Sequence record: MK250029.1
Strand: one strand, 5' to 3'
Length of the DNA stretch: 32,000 nt
Origin: Prevotella phage Lak-C1
Part shown: in pieces, positions 19,558 through 30,700 of the stretch
How the letters are laid out: each line of letters opens with the position of its first letter
Numbering within the stretch: position 1 is the first letter of the stretch
Made by a program: the position numbers and the translations under genes
Notes under the pieces: model-generated
Seen by the model: the letters and a program-made list of their open reading frames with translations, nothing else
Told to the model about the DNA's origin: nothing
Database searches by the model: none

Positions 19558-21174
19558 TTGGATATATTAAAGAAGAAAACTTCTTTTTTAGATGAACATA
19601 ATCCTTCTAATCCAGAACGTGTATATTGCTGGTATAATAATATAACAGAAATTCAGAAATGTCCTCATTGTGGAAAATCCAGAAAATTTCATAAATTTAC
19701 ATATGGATATTTTCCTACATGTGGTTCAAAAGAATGTCGTGCAAAATCCGTTGTATATGGAAATAAGTTTAATCATAATTTTGTAGAAATACAAAAGAAA
19801 ATGAGAGAAACATATGCAAAAAACCATAATGGTTATACGCATAATATGCAAGATCCAGAATTTAAAAAGAAGTTTTTTGATGAGTTTAAAAAGAAACATA
19901 ATGGTATATCATGTGGTGTTCAGACTGATTTAGCAAAACAAAACAGAGAGAACACAACATTAGAAAAATATGGTTGTAAATATGCTTTATCATCTAAAGA
20001 TGTAAGAGATAAAATATATGAAAAATATGGTGATGATGCAAAAATTAAATTTGCAAAAATCGCTACTGATACACGGAAAGAAAATACATTAAATGACATT
20101 ATTAAAAAGATTGAAGAATTAAATTATACATATATTTCAAATAATAATAATTTATTTAAAATTAAATGTAATAAATGTGGACATATAAATGAAATTACAA
20201 GACAAGCAATAAACTATTACTATAGGAATAGTAATCATATATATTGTAATAAGTGTGAATATAAAGAATTAACATATAGGAGTAATTTTGAAAAAGATGT
20301 TGTTAAAGAAATAGGAAATATTATAAAAGAAACTAACTATTCTATTATAACAAATAAACATATTTATAATGGTAAAGAACATTTTGAAGTTGATATATTG
20401 ATTCCTGAGTTAAATTTAGCAATAGACTGTAATGGATTATATTGGCATTCTGAATTACAGAAAGAAGATAATTTTTATCATTATAAGAAGAAAGAATTTA
20501 TTGAAAACTGCGGTTATTCTTTGATTTATATATGGGAAGATGATTGGAATGATATTTATAAGAAAGACATTATATTAAGTCGTTTATCTAGTAAATTAAA
20601 ATTAAATAAACATATATATGCAAGAAAATGTTTAATTAAAGAATTGACTCCTAAATTATATAGGGATTTCTGTAATGAAAATCATTTACATGGATCTGTT
20701 AATGCTTCAATAAAAGTAGGATTATTTTTTAATGATGAGTTAGTTGAAATAATAGGTTTAGGTAAATCTCGTAAATTAATTGGTAATAATAAAGAAGAAG
20801 TTTCATATGAATTATTACGTTTATGTACAAAGAAATATATTAACGTTATAGGTGGTTTTTCTAAATTAATGAATTATGTTATTAATAAATTTAATATAAA
20901 TTCAATATATAGTTATGCAGATTTATCTTGGATAGATTTAAAAGGAACATCATACATTAATAGTGGATTTTATATAGATAAAGTTATTGATAATGAATAT
21001 TGGTGGGTTGTAAACAATATACGAGAGAATCGATTGAATTATACAAAGAGTAAATTGGTATCATTAGGGTATGATAAGCATTTAACAGAAATTGAAATAA
21101 TGCATTCTTTAAAGTATTATAGAATATTTGGTCCTGGAAATTTAAAATTTATATATAAAAAGAAAAGTCTCTAA
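19558..21174 (+). CDS. Free-standing homing-type endonuclease with zinc ribbons and C-terminal Vsr/EDxHD-like nuclease (I-Bth0305I-like), 538 aa
   Basis: CPHCGKSRKFHKFTYGYFPTCGSKEC..., CNKCGHINEITRQ, EVDILIPELNLAIDCNGLYWHSELQKEDNFYHYKKKEFIENCGYSLIYIWEDDW; apparent TTG start. Confidence 0.8.
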   Translation: MDILKKKTSFLDEHNPSNPERVYCWYNNITEIQKCPHCGKSRKFHKFTYGYFPTCGSKECRAKSVVYGNKFNHNFVEIQKKMRETYAKNHNGYTHNMQDPEFKKKFFDEFKKKHNGISCGVQTDLAKQNRENTTLEKYGCKYALSSKDVRDKIYEKYGDDAKIKFAKIATDTRKENTLNDIIKKIEELNYTYISNNNNLFKIKCNKCGHINEITRQAINYYYRNSNHIYCNKCEYKELTYRSNFEKDVVKEIGNIIKETNYSIITNKHIYNGKEHFEVDILIPELNLAIDCNGLYWHSELQKEDNFYHYKKKEFIENCGYSLIYIWEDDWNDIYKKDIILSRLSSKLKLNKHIYARKCLIKELTPKLYRDFCNENHLHGSVNASIKVGLFFNDELVEIIGLGKSRKLIGNNKEEVSYELLRLCTKKYINVIGGFSKLMNYVINKFNINSIYSYADLSWIDLKGTSYINSGFYIDKVIDNEYWWVVNNIRENRLNYTKSKLVSLGYDKHLTEIEIMHSLKYYRIFGPGNLKFIYKKKSL

Positions 21175-21196
21175 GAAATAAATCTTAGAGACTTTA
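21164..21196 (+). terminator. Bidirectional terminator hairpin (13-bp stem aaagtctctaaga / tcttagagacttt)
   Basis: Perfect inverted repeat between convergent genes. Confidence 0.85.
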
Positions 21197-21223
21197 TTAT
21201 ATAATATTGTTTTGATAAAATTA

Positions 21224-23212
21224 TCAAAGTCCAGCAACGTCAACACAGAATGTAATATACTGAGTTTCAGGATAGAAACCTGCATCAACAAGAGCATATC
21301 TTGATTTTATCATCAACTTAGGGGACATTGTACCCTCTGCGATAATCTGTACAGACTCAGCCATTACGTATGGACAGAAATGAACACCTGGCTCATCTTT
21401 ACCACCCTTACGACCAACAAGTACACGGTTATCAGAACCACCCATAAGAGGATCTACATAGATTGTCAAACCGAACATTCCACCGATAGGATAAAGTGAA
21501 CCACCATTCTGTGAAATTGTGTTAGCAACAGGAGAGAATGTATAGTTAGCATTACTCTGAAGAAGAGTTGCAATTGTAATGTTAGTTACTGCGAATGTAG
21601 CTGCACCATAACGACCTCTCTGAAGAATCCAGTTAGAAGCTGCAAGGAAGTTAACTGCTAATCTCTTAAGAAGAGTATCACGGTTTTCGAAAGCAGCACC
21701 AGAAGGAATATACATTGGTTTGTAAGGAAGTGCAACGTTTACATAGCTCTTATAAGCAACACCAGTAGGATCATTCTATTCTGACTGAGGAATTGCAAGA
21801 GCAGGAGTCATACGAACACCAGAAGTTGCAGTATAAGATGGGTCAAAACTCAAGTTCAAGTTAGCTGCAGGACCTTCAACCTCAACGAGCTTGTAGTGGT
21901 TCTTCCAACCAAGAGCGAACAAACGAGATGTGATATGACGGTTAATAGTTGCAGAAAGCTCATTGATACCAGCATTTTCTACCATCTTAATAACATCAAT
22001 ACCCCACTGTTTCTGAAGGTCTGTTACCTGTTCCTGAGTTACAGCGCAACCAACCATGATTGTACCAACCTGTACATGCTTTGTAAACAACTGAAGTGAA
22101 AGTTGACGAGCCATTGTCTGCTCACCAGTACCACGACTCATTGGTTCATAAAGTGTAGTACCATCCTGATATGTACCATACCATGCATCACGATCACGTT
22201 CACCAGCACCAGTGAATCCCTGGATCTGATCCTCAAGCATTGAGATAAGACGAGGAGCGTGAAGTGTAAGAACTACATTTACTTCTTCAGCAGAACCTAC
22301 AGGAGTATAAACTGCTTCAAAATCAAGTGCACCACCGTTGAAATATGCACCGAGTGACTGTGAACCAGAAACAACCTTGAACATAGGATCACCATCAATA
22401 CGAGACCAACCAACGAACTCAACAACAAGTTTGGCTGCATTATGAGCATCATCATCAAGTGCATCCATCTTTGATACAAGAGTTGTACCAGCAGGCATTG
22501 CAGAAGCGCCCTTTAACATACGCTTAATCTGTGCAGGAGAAAGCTTAACAGCAGCAGATGAATCAGTTGTAGAACCATCAACAATTGTAGCCTCACCAGG
22601 AGCGATAGAAGCCTTGAATGCATGAGGAAGACCATACATCTCAAAAGGAGCATTTGACTGTGAATTTGCCATAGGATTCTGAGTTTTAGCAGAATATGCA
22701 GGTGTAGCACCAAATGGCTGCTTTGAACCAGAATATACATAATCCATATAAGGAAGAACACCAGTAGGACCGTCAAGTGGAGTTGTATTTACAAGCTCGA
22801 AACCGATAGTCTTAGCAGCAACCTTAAGAGCAAGAGGTAACAAAGTAGGATACTTATCACCAGAACCAAGGTTCTTATTATCTGCGTAGTCAGCACCAGT
22901 TAAAGCAGGTTTGCCAGCAGGAACTGGATCACCAACACCAAGTGTGTTATAAAGGTTATTATATGGTTGATATGTTCCACCGAACTGTGAATATGCATTA
23001 GATGGCATTACAAATGCATCCTCATTCAACTTAGCTGTATTATGTGCAAGCTGAGACATCCAAGCAAGTTTATCAGCATCTTCAACACCTGTAATCTTCT
23101 TAATAGTAGGTGCCCATGATTCGTAGATAGCTTTGTCGCTATTCTTAGCAGTTGCACGATTTACATATGATTCGTAAGCCTATGCAACAGACTTATTACT
23201 TTTGATTTTCAT
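21224..23212 (-). CDS. Major capsid protein, T4 gp23-like, 662 aa with two TAG=Gln
   Basis: ATG (revcomp of 23210-23212): MKIKSNKSVA-Q-AYESYVNRATAKNSDKAIYESWAPTIKKITGVEDADKLAWMSQLAHNTAKL..., gp23-like GPTGVLPYMDYVY, ...ALAIPQSE-Q-NDPTGVAYKSYVNVALPYKPMYIPSGAAFENRD..., ending VAGL* at TGA 21224-21226. Confidence 0.88.
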
Positions 23213-23337
23213 ATTAAAATTTTGTTTATTAATTTTTTGTTAAATTTTATATTGAATTTCTTAAAATATTTATCTAAGTTATTTTTATAAAAAATTTGAT
23301 TTAAAACTTATGTTTAAATATTTATTCAATATAATAA

Positions 23338-23359
23338 AGGTAAATATTTGAATTTACCT
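23338..23359 (-). terminator. Short hairpin (aggtaaat / atttacct) upstream of the capsid gene
   Basis: 8-bp perfect stem in intergenic AT-rich sequence. Confidence 0.4.
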
Positions 23360-23508
23360 GTGTAATTGTTAACTCAGATTACTAAATCAAATTATTTACA
23401 TAACGAAATCACTATATTAAACGTTTGATTTCCATATAATTACACTTTTTTATTTATAAGTATATCTTATTAAAATCTAGTCTTTAAATATAACCATTTT
23501 AATTTATT

Positions 23509-23604
23509 ATGGTTAATTCAGTAGAATTAATTACAATAATTAATTTATTAAGTATTCTGTTGTATATATGTTATTTATCTAATTATTTATCTATATTAAA
23601 ATAA
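23509..23604 (+). CDS. Possible 31-aa hydrophobic miniprotein
   Basis: MVNSVELITIINLLSILLYICYLSNYLSILK*; antisense to surrounding genes, weak support. Confidence 0.2.
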   Translation: MVNSVELITIINLLSILLYICYLSNYLSILK

Positions 23605-23617
23605 TTAAAAAAGAAAT

Positions 23618-23893
23618 TTACTTAGAAATTGTATCGTTTTTTGCAAATGATCTATCTTGTTGAACTTTTACATAAGCATCATAAAAACTAATAGTATCGC
23701 TTGCAAATTTAGTATTTAGTTTTTCATGTATATCTTTTACTTCTACACGAATATCTTCTATTGATTCTCGCATAGCAGGTTTAGTTACACAAATATCCCA
23801 TATAATAGAACCAATCACGAATAAAATTATCAATATAGAACCTATGCAACTAAATGAATTATAACATTTTTGTGTCTAATTAGTATCAATCAT
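23618..23893 (-). CDS. Small single-TM protein with coiled-coil-like tail, 91 aa with one TAG=Gln
   Basis: MIDTN-Q-TQKCYNSFSCIGSILIILFVIGSIIWDICVTKPAMRESIEDIRVEVKDIHEKL... Confidence 0.6.
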
Positions 23894-23946
23894 TTTTCAT
23901 TAAAGAGATTTAATTTTAATTTATTATTTCCACTGTATTAACTCTT

Positions 23947-24480
23947 TAATTATTTATCTTTAAATTCTAATGAATCTGCAACTTCAATTTTTTTATATTT
24001 TGCACTATTATTACAACGATCCATAGCTCTCTTATATTTTTCGCCAAAGAAATGATATGTATATTCATTGCGTTCTTTTATTGCTTTAATATCTAATAAC
24101 ATCGGATCTGTTGGATGATACTAAGAAACAAATCGATAAACCAAATCAAGTTCTAATTGCATAGTTTGATATGCATGTCGATTAATTTCTTCCTCTATAT
24201 TTATCACCTCTAAAAGATAGTAAATATCATCTGCATAATCATCTTTATCTACTGCATCTTCAACTACAACTTTTACATTTTTTACTTCTGTTCTTAATTC
24301 CTATATTTCATTTGTATATATCTTAGAATAACTAAAATATATTACACCCAGTAAAATGACGATACCCAGTAAATTTCTTAAAGCTTTTGGAATCTTAAAC
24401 AACTAATCAATAAACTCTTTAATTGCTTCCTGGTCTCCAACTTTTTTGAAAAAATAGGAAAGAATCTAAAATATATACAT
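23947..24480 (-). CDS. Putative membrane protein, 177 aa with several TAG=Gln
   Basis: MYIF-Q-ILSYFFKKVGDQEAIKEFID-Q-LFKIPKALRNLLGIVILLGVIYFSYSKIYTNEI-Q-ELRTEV...; absent from the track because of TAG codons. Confidence 0.6.
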
Positions 24481-24538
24481 TTTTAATTTATTTAATTATG
24501 TTATTTTAATATTTATCAAAAATATATACATAAGAAAA

Positions 24539-24572
24539 AAAGGTTAAGATCTTAAAAGAGATCTTAACCTTT
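24539..24572 (-). terminator. Terminator hairpin (14-bp stem aaaggttaagatct / agatcttaaccttt)
   Basis: Perfect inverted repeat immediately downstream of the GIY-YIG ORF. Confidence 0.8.
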
Positions 24573-24580
24573 ACTATATT

Positions 24581-25459
24581 TTATCTATAATTATTTCGAC
24601 CTTTATAATAACCAATATTTTTATAAAATTCTATTTTACTATCATCTATTAATACATTATCTACTCCATTTGTATACCAATGCATTCCATTTGTTGTTTT
24701 ATATTGTTTCCCCTACTTTGCTTTTAAAGAATTATCTATTGATTTCTATGAAGGACCTTTTATATATCCCTATATTAAATACTAATCTAATTCATTTGGA
24801 TCAATATATTTATTTTTATTATCTTTATGTATACAAATTTTTCCTTTTTTGCTATTTTTTATTTTCTCACAAATGTCTTCAGAACGTTTAATACCATAAT
24901 AAGGAGAATCCTCTCCTGATAATTTTCCTTTCATTATATTTCTCATATGCTATTTATATTCTTCAGTATGGTGTTTACCATATCGATTATTACGTTCACC
25001 TGCATTTATATGTTCAACTTCTCCATTTATATATCTTTCATCATCTTTAGAGCAAATAAATATTTCATTTGTTTTAGGATCTATTACAACTACATGATTA
25101 TTTAATGGTGCATTACCACCTAAACAAAGATTATAATTATTATTATCTTTTATAAAGTCCTCAGTAACTAATTCTGATTCTTTACTTAATAATTCAGTTC
25201 TATCATTAAAAAACTATAATATGTATTTTATAAAATTATTATCTCCATATTTTTCATATGCTTCATTTAATGCTAATCCTGAACCTGAATAATTATCATT
25301 AATATTTTTTGTAGAATGAATACCTATATAAATTTTATTATTTACTTTATTATATATTTTATATAAATAATGGTAAAAATTATCATTTCCTACAAAAACA
25401 TTATTTGTCTAATATATTGTTTCTAATTTTCTAAATCGGTATTTTCTATAATCTTTCAT
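24581..25459 (-). CDS. GIY-YIG homing-type endonuclease, about 292 aa with TAG=Gln
   Basis: YHYLYKIYNKVNNKIYIGIHSTKNINDNYSGSGLALNEAYEKYG...NLCLGGNAPLNN...KHHTEEYK-Q-HMRN...MHWYTNGVDNVLIDDSKIEFYKNIGYYKGRNNYR*; absent from the track because of TAG codons. Confidence 0.8.
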
Positions 25460-25510
25460 ATAATATTAAAAATAGTTATTATAACACCGGTTATAATAAC
25501 TATTAATTTT

Positions 25511-26872
25511 TTATTTACTTATTGCGTGTGAATACTCTTCAATAAGTGTATTCAAGAACTTCTGTCCATCAAATCCAACATTAAGGAACTTCAATAACAT
25601 TGGTGAATAACCAGACATAAAAATATTTCCATACTTATCTGTCTCTGGTGAAGTTGTATTATGTGCGTTAAAATTCCACCAGACAAGCTTTGTATGCATT
25701 CCATTCTTCTTAAAGATATTCATCATCTCATCCTTTGTTTGATTTGAACCGCTATCAAACTCCATATCTGACAATACGACAATCCAATCTGGAGCGTTCT
25801 TTGAATCAAGTTCCTTCAGCTTTGCGCATACAGCACCAAAGTCTGTATTAGAGCAATCACCTGTATACATTGATTCAAGTTCTCTCTTATACTGAGATTC
25901 CTTCTCGAGAAGTCGCTGTCTTGTAAATTCAGATGTTCTCCAATATCCATGGCGTGTATATGTATTTTCAACACCCAATTTTAACAATGCAGGTTCTGAA
26001 GAAAAACTCAAAACAGTATCTGGAGCATATGTTGAACACTTTGCAAGATAATGACCTACAGCTAAAGCCTTTCCATAACTATCATTACTATCTTGCATTG
26101 AACCAGAAGAATCTACAACAGGAATCCAACTTCCTGAAATCTTTTCAATCTTTGAAAAGAACAAATCAGGATCAATCTTATCACGATTCTTATAAATGTC
26201 ATAAACATTTGTAGTAGAAACCTTCAATTCTTGCTTACCTGAACGAACATCTTCCAAATACTTCTGAAACCTTACCTTTGTGTCTTCACCTGTTGAAAAT
26301 CTCTTAAAATACTTAATCATTGCAAGTGATGGAACCTGTGAGAAAATAATCTCTTCCGTTCTATGTCGTGACAACTTATTTTCTGTTGTATCAGACTTAA
26401 TAAAATGTCCATAAGTCTGCTTATTCATATGAAACTGCTTTGCAATCTTACGAGCAAGCATAAGATTCTTAGATGAATATCTTGGCATCCACTTCTTACA
26501 AAGTTCATTTCCTGACTTAATTTCACTATACAAAAATTCGCACATTTTTGCAAATGAAATTTCTCCCATCGATTCCCATCCAATAAACAAATCATCGAAA
26601 CGACCAGCTTTTACTACATCAGATGGTGTCACCTCTGTCAATAGCATAAGGCGACGACCAAGTTCACGTCTACCCAATCCAAAACGAGGATCTCGCATCA
26701 TCATGGCAAACAACTTTGCAGTCATAGAAGTACCAATATATGGAATTTCATCAAGATGCTTACCATAATATTCTGACATAAAGAGAATATCCAACATAGG
26801 ATTCATTGTAGTGTTATATGCATTATCACCATTCTCTGTAGTCTTCTTTGCAAAAATTTCTTCAAGTGTCAT
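25511..26872 (-). CDS. DUF2828 / TROVE (Ro60)-like protein with C-terminal vWA domain, 453 aa
   Basis: Helical N-terminal region with NAYNTTMNPMLDILF, DPRFGLGRRELGRRL, then WIPVVDSSGSMQDSNDSYGKALAVGHYLAKCS (MIDAS DxSxS) and DWIVVLSDMEFD; no internal TAG. Confidence 0.75.
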   Translation of the reverse strand: MTLEEIFAKKTTENGDNAYNTTMNPMLDILFMSEYYGKHLDEIPYIGTSMTAKLFAMMMRDPRFGLGRRELGRRLMLLTEVTPSDVVKAGRFDDLFIGWESMGEISFAKMCEFLYSEIKSGNELCKKWMPRYSSKNLMLARKIAKQFHMNKQTYGHFIKSDTTENKLSRHRTEEIIFSQVPSLAMIKYFKRFSTGEDTKVRFQKYLEDVRSGKQELKVSTTNVYDIYKNRDKIDPDLFFSKIEKISGSWIPVVDSSGSMQDSNDSYGKALAVGHYLAKCSTYAPDTVLSFSSEPALLKLGVENTYTRHGYWRTSEFTRQRLLEKESQYKRELESMYTGDCSNTDFGAVCAKLKELDSKNAPDWIVVLSDMEFDSGSNQTKDEMMNIFKKNGMHTKLVWWNFNAHNTTSPETDKYGNIFMSGYSPMLLKFLNVGFDGQKFLNTLIEEYSHAISK

Positions 26873-27107
26873 AATCTTTTCTTTTTAAATTTTGTTATTA
26901 CAAAAGTTGTTTAAATATTAATTACCAAAAAATTATACTAAATTAAAAATTGCGGACTTAACTTTCATTTTTAATAACAAACAAGAGTCTATTTACCATA
27001 TCAAGGATTATCTTACAAATAATATATTTTCTAATTAATTTGCTGTTTTGACTCTCATGTATTTTTTATATGAACAAATATGTATTTTGTCTATCTAACG
27101 AATATTT

Positions 27108-27692
27108 TTAATTTTTATTTGCACTTGGTAAATGTCCATGTGAAATACACCATAACATTAGATCATATACAAGTGAAATAAGTTCATCACCTTCAAGTTC
27201 AGGATCTTTAAATTCATGTTTTTTTATTTTAATGTGTTTATATATACCTTTTGTATTAATAGGTTTATATAACACTTTATACATATAATCAATATCTTTA
27301 TTTTCGTCTTTTTGTTTAATTATATGTAATTTTAATGTATGATAATTTTTTGTTTCGTCTATATTAACTGCATTATATTCATTATCACAATATATAGTTG
27401 ATGGGAGTAAATCTATCATTTGTTCAAGTGTCCAACTTCTATATGATAATTTTGTATTAACTCTATAATAATTAGAAGTACCAAAATGTAAATCATTGTA
27501 TGATGTTGTACGCTGTGTCAATACTAAATCAAATTCATAACTTATATTATCAAGTGAATTAGTATGTGAAAAACACATATGAACATGTTTATATGATGGA
27601 GAATATCCGCCATATACATCATTTATTTTCTTTTGCTCACTTTCTGTTAACCACGTTCTCATATTATTATAATTAAAAAAGAGTAGATACAT
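27108..27692 (-). CDS. Hypothetical protein, up to 194 aa (likely true start at MRTWLTESEQKK)
   Basis: Complete ORF from the track. Confidence 0.7.
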   Translation of the reverse strand: MYLLFFNYNNMRTWLTESEQKKINDVYGGYSPSYKHVHMCFSHTNSLDNISYEFDLVLTQRTTSYNDLHFGTSNYYRVNTKLSYRSWTLEQMIDLLPSTIYCDNEYNAVNIDETKNYHTLKLHIIKQKDENKDIDYMYKVLYKPINTKGIYKHIKIKKHEFKDPELEGDELISLVYDLMLWCISHGHLPSANKN

Positions 27693-27716
27693 ATTGTTTT
27701 TATGTACCTACTCTTT
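27678..27716 (-). terminator. Hairpin (16-bp stem with one mismatch, aaagagtagatacata / tatgtacctactcttt)
   Basis: Inverted repeat between the giant ORF and the downstream gene. Confidence 0.65.
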
Positions 27717-27752
27717 ATCATATATATTAAATATTAAAAAGTCTAATTAGAA

Positions 27753-30700
27753 TTAAACTAAAATACGAATTGCATGTTTTGGTAATTGTGTTACTTTACC
27801 TGCAACTGTACAATCTACAAGGTCTGTATCATCTGTAGTATCTACATATGACTTAGGATTTACTTTAATCTTACGTAATGGTTCATCATTTTCAGAAGCA
27901 ATTACAGCAGGAATCCAATCTTCAACATCAATGTCTATATTGTCTTTATGCCATGTTTCTTCTTTATCACCTACATAAACTCTTACGTCATCTACACCTT
28001 CTAGAATATCTTTAAGATTTGCTTTAAATCTTTCACCATTCAATGTATTTTTCAAAACCATTGAATCTACTACAATATTACATTCAACTGTTTTTCCATT
28101 TAAATCCGCCATTTTTTCAGCTTTAGGATTTTCTGGTGTTTTATTTAAATTATTCTTATCGAATTCAAATTGATCTGGTGTATTGTCAATATCCTTAAAT
28201 TGTGAAGGATCTGGTTTAATATCCTTTGAAGTTACATCAATTGTTTTACCATTCTTTGTAATTTTCAAATTTTGTTTATCCCCAGTTTCTTCATCTACTG
28301 CAAATACAGTCCAAGGTTCATTTTTATAAAGAACTTTATCGTTTACTTCATATTCAATAACAGCACCTTCTTCTAAGAAAGGATTTTTATTATGTTCAGT
28401 AACAAGATTTACATTAGGAAGTTTTGGTTTTACTGCTTCATTTTCATCCTGTTGTGGATCTAATGCACCGACTAAACCATCCTTCTTTTGTTTATCTTCA
28501 ATTTCCTATTTAAAATCATTTTCTTCTTTTGTTCCATATTTAGCGTCATTCGCTACTTTAGAATTATCAATATCATTATCGGAATCGACTTTTGTAGAAC
28601 GTTTAATCTTACAATTTTCAGTTATATACTTATTATTACTATCATAAGATCTTCCTGTTAATGCACTGAATATAGAAGATATGATAAACATACAATCATC
28701 ACTATCTGTTATGTTATAAGATGTAAGTTGTTCACCTTTATCTGCATAATCGACTTTTAATGATTCTATTGTTTGTCCAGGAACTTCATCTTTGAAATCT
28801 TCAATTATTTGATAAAATTCTTTTGCATCGCGGTAATAAATATCTGCACCAATTTGATAAATTGCATATGATTCTGAATCACCAGATTCATAATTATCAG
28901 AAATAATAAAATACTTTACTGTATCAGAATCATGTCCTTCTGTTGCTAAATCAGTAACTATAACATTATTTCCGTCTTCATTTGCTTTTTCAGCAGATTT
29001 TATTGCCTTTACCTGCATTTTACTTAATGTATCATAATCTGTTTCTTCATTATAATCTTCTATTGGATTATTACCAGTAGAATCGGATGTAGAAATCTCG
29101 TTTGTGGTACTTCCATCAATTATCTCTTCTGTAAGAGGAGTACCTTTCTAATCCTTTGATTTAGAAGCCTTGATGGTAGCTTCATTTAAGAAAAAACTTT
29201 TACCTGCCTTATTTTTAAATACAGGAGTAATCTTAATAGACTTATGTTCTTTAAGTGGTTTCTTTGCCTTAACCTCTTTTGATTCTGGAATTTCTGTTCC
29301 GTCTGCAGAAGGTGCTGGTAATTCAATTTCTGTATTTCCTGATTTATATGTAGGAATAATTACAGTTTCTTTATCATCTGAATCATCATCATCCTCATCT
29401 GAATCATCATCATTATCCTCTTCATCATCAGTTATATCAGACATTTTAAAACCGAACATATCATCGTCAGAATCATTATCTGAATTATCATCATCGTCAT
29501 CATCTGATAACTTTGTTAATGGGAAATCCCAATCATCGTCGTCATCATCAGAATCTAATTTCTGAGAATATTCTTCACGATCTTCATCATTTCCATCTCT
29601 TAAATATGCGGCTTCCCAATCATCATCGTCATCATCATCTGCAAGTTGTGCAGCAACAGTTGGACCTACTTCTTCATTTGCAGGTTCAGCAGTTTCGCAA
29701 ACATCACTATAATCAGGATGATTCTTAATTGCATCAATAACAGCGGCATAAAGTTCATTTGTCATAGGTTCGTTATCAAGAATAGGATTATTATCATCAT
29801 CCAAGTAGAACTCAATTGTCTTGTTCTCCACATACTTCTTACCTGTGCCATCAATCATAGGAACAATTACAATAACAGAACCTGATTTTTCTTTCTTACC
29901 ATCCTTAACATTCTCATCAAACATTACATCTGCAATTTTATATGAAAATTTAGGTTGATATGTTTCTTCTTTCTCATCTTCAACTGTTTTAGGTGTATTA
30001 GCTGGAATATCTTCAATTTCAGAATTTGTTCCAAGTGGATCTTCTGTATCACCACCAAATACATCTGTTGCTTCATCACCAGGTTCAGCAGTTTCATCAT
30101 CATCTGAATTATCACCCATATCAACAGTTGTCATTGAATTATATGTATCTTCATCATTATCTTCTGATGCAGTTTCTTCATCATCATCAGAATTTCCAAA
30201 TTCATCTTCATCATCTGTTTCTGTTTCATCAGAATCTTCTGGTTCAAATATATCTTCATCGTTATCAGTAGATTCTGAATCATCAGAATCATCATCGAAA
30301 TTAACTTCTTTAAATGCTTCTTCATCATCTTCATCAGAATCTTCGTCAGAACCAAATACATCATCTGAATCATAGTCATCATCTGAATCTTCAAAATCAG
30401 TTTCATCATCATCTGCATCATCATCTGCATCAATTGCATTAGCTGCTGCATCATCAAATCCGGTACCTTCAGAATCTTCATCATCATCTGAATCATCATC
30501 TGAATCATCATCTGAATCACTACCAAGGAATTTTGCAAATTCATCATCAGTAACACCTTCATCTGACTCTTCATCATCAAAATTATCGGTTGCTTCAGAA
30601 TCACCGTCTTCACCACTTAATGGTTGTGAAAGTTCATCTTTTGATGCATCAACTTCTTCATCAGACATTGGTTCATTTGGATTTTCCTTTGTTACTGTAC

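Noticed and set aside
21896-22776. ORFs 21896-22099 (+), 22297-22479 (-) and 22513-22776 (-)
   Set aside because: Overlap the major capsid protein frame; composition and motifs support only the MCP frame.
24601-24640. Apparent frameshift near the end of the GIY-YIG ORF
   Set aside because: Coordinate/frame arithmetic shows ATG at 25459 and TAA at 24581-24583 are in the same frame; the shift came from a miscounted A run.
24670-24891. Plus-strand ORF 24670-24891
   Set aside because: Antisense to the GIY-YIG gene, hydrophobic AT-rich artefact; the same applies to 11003-11209, 16351-16572, 8080-8301 and 25933-26214.
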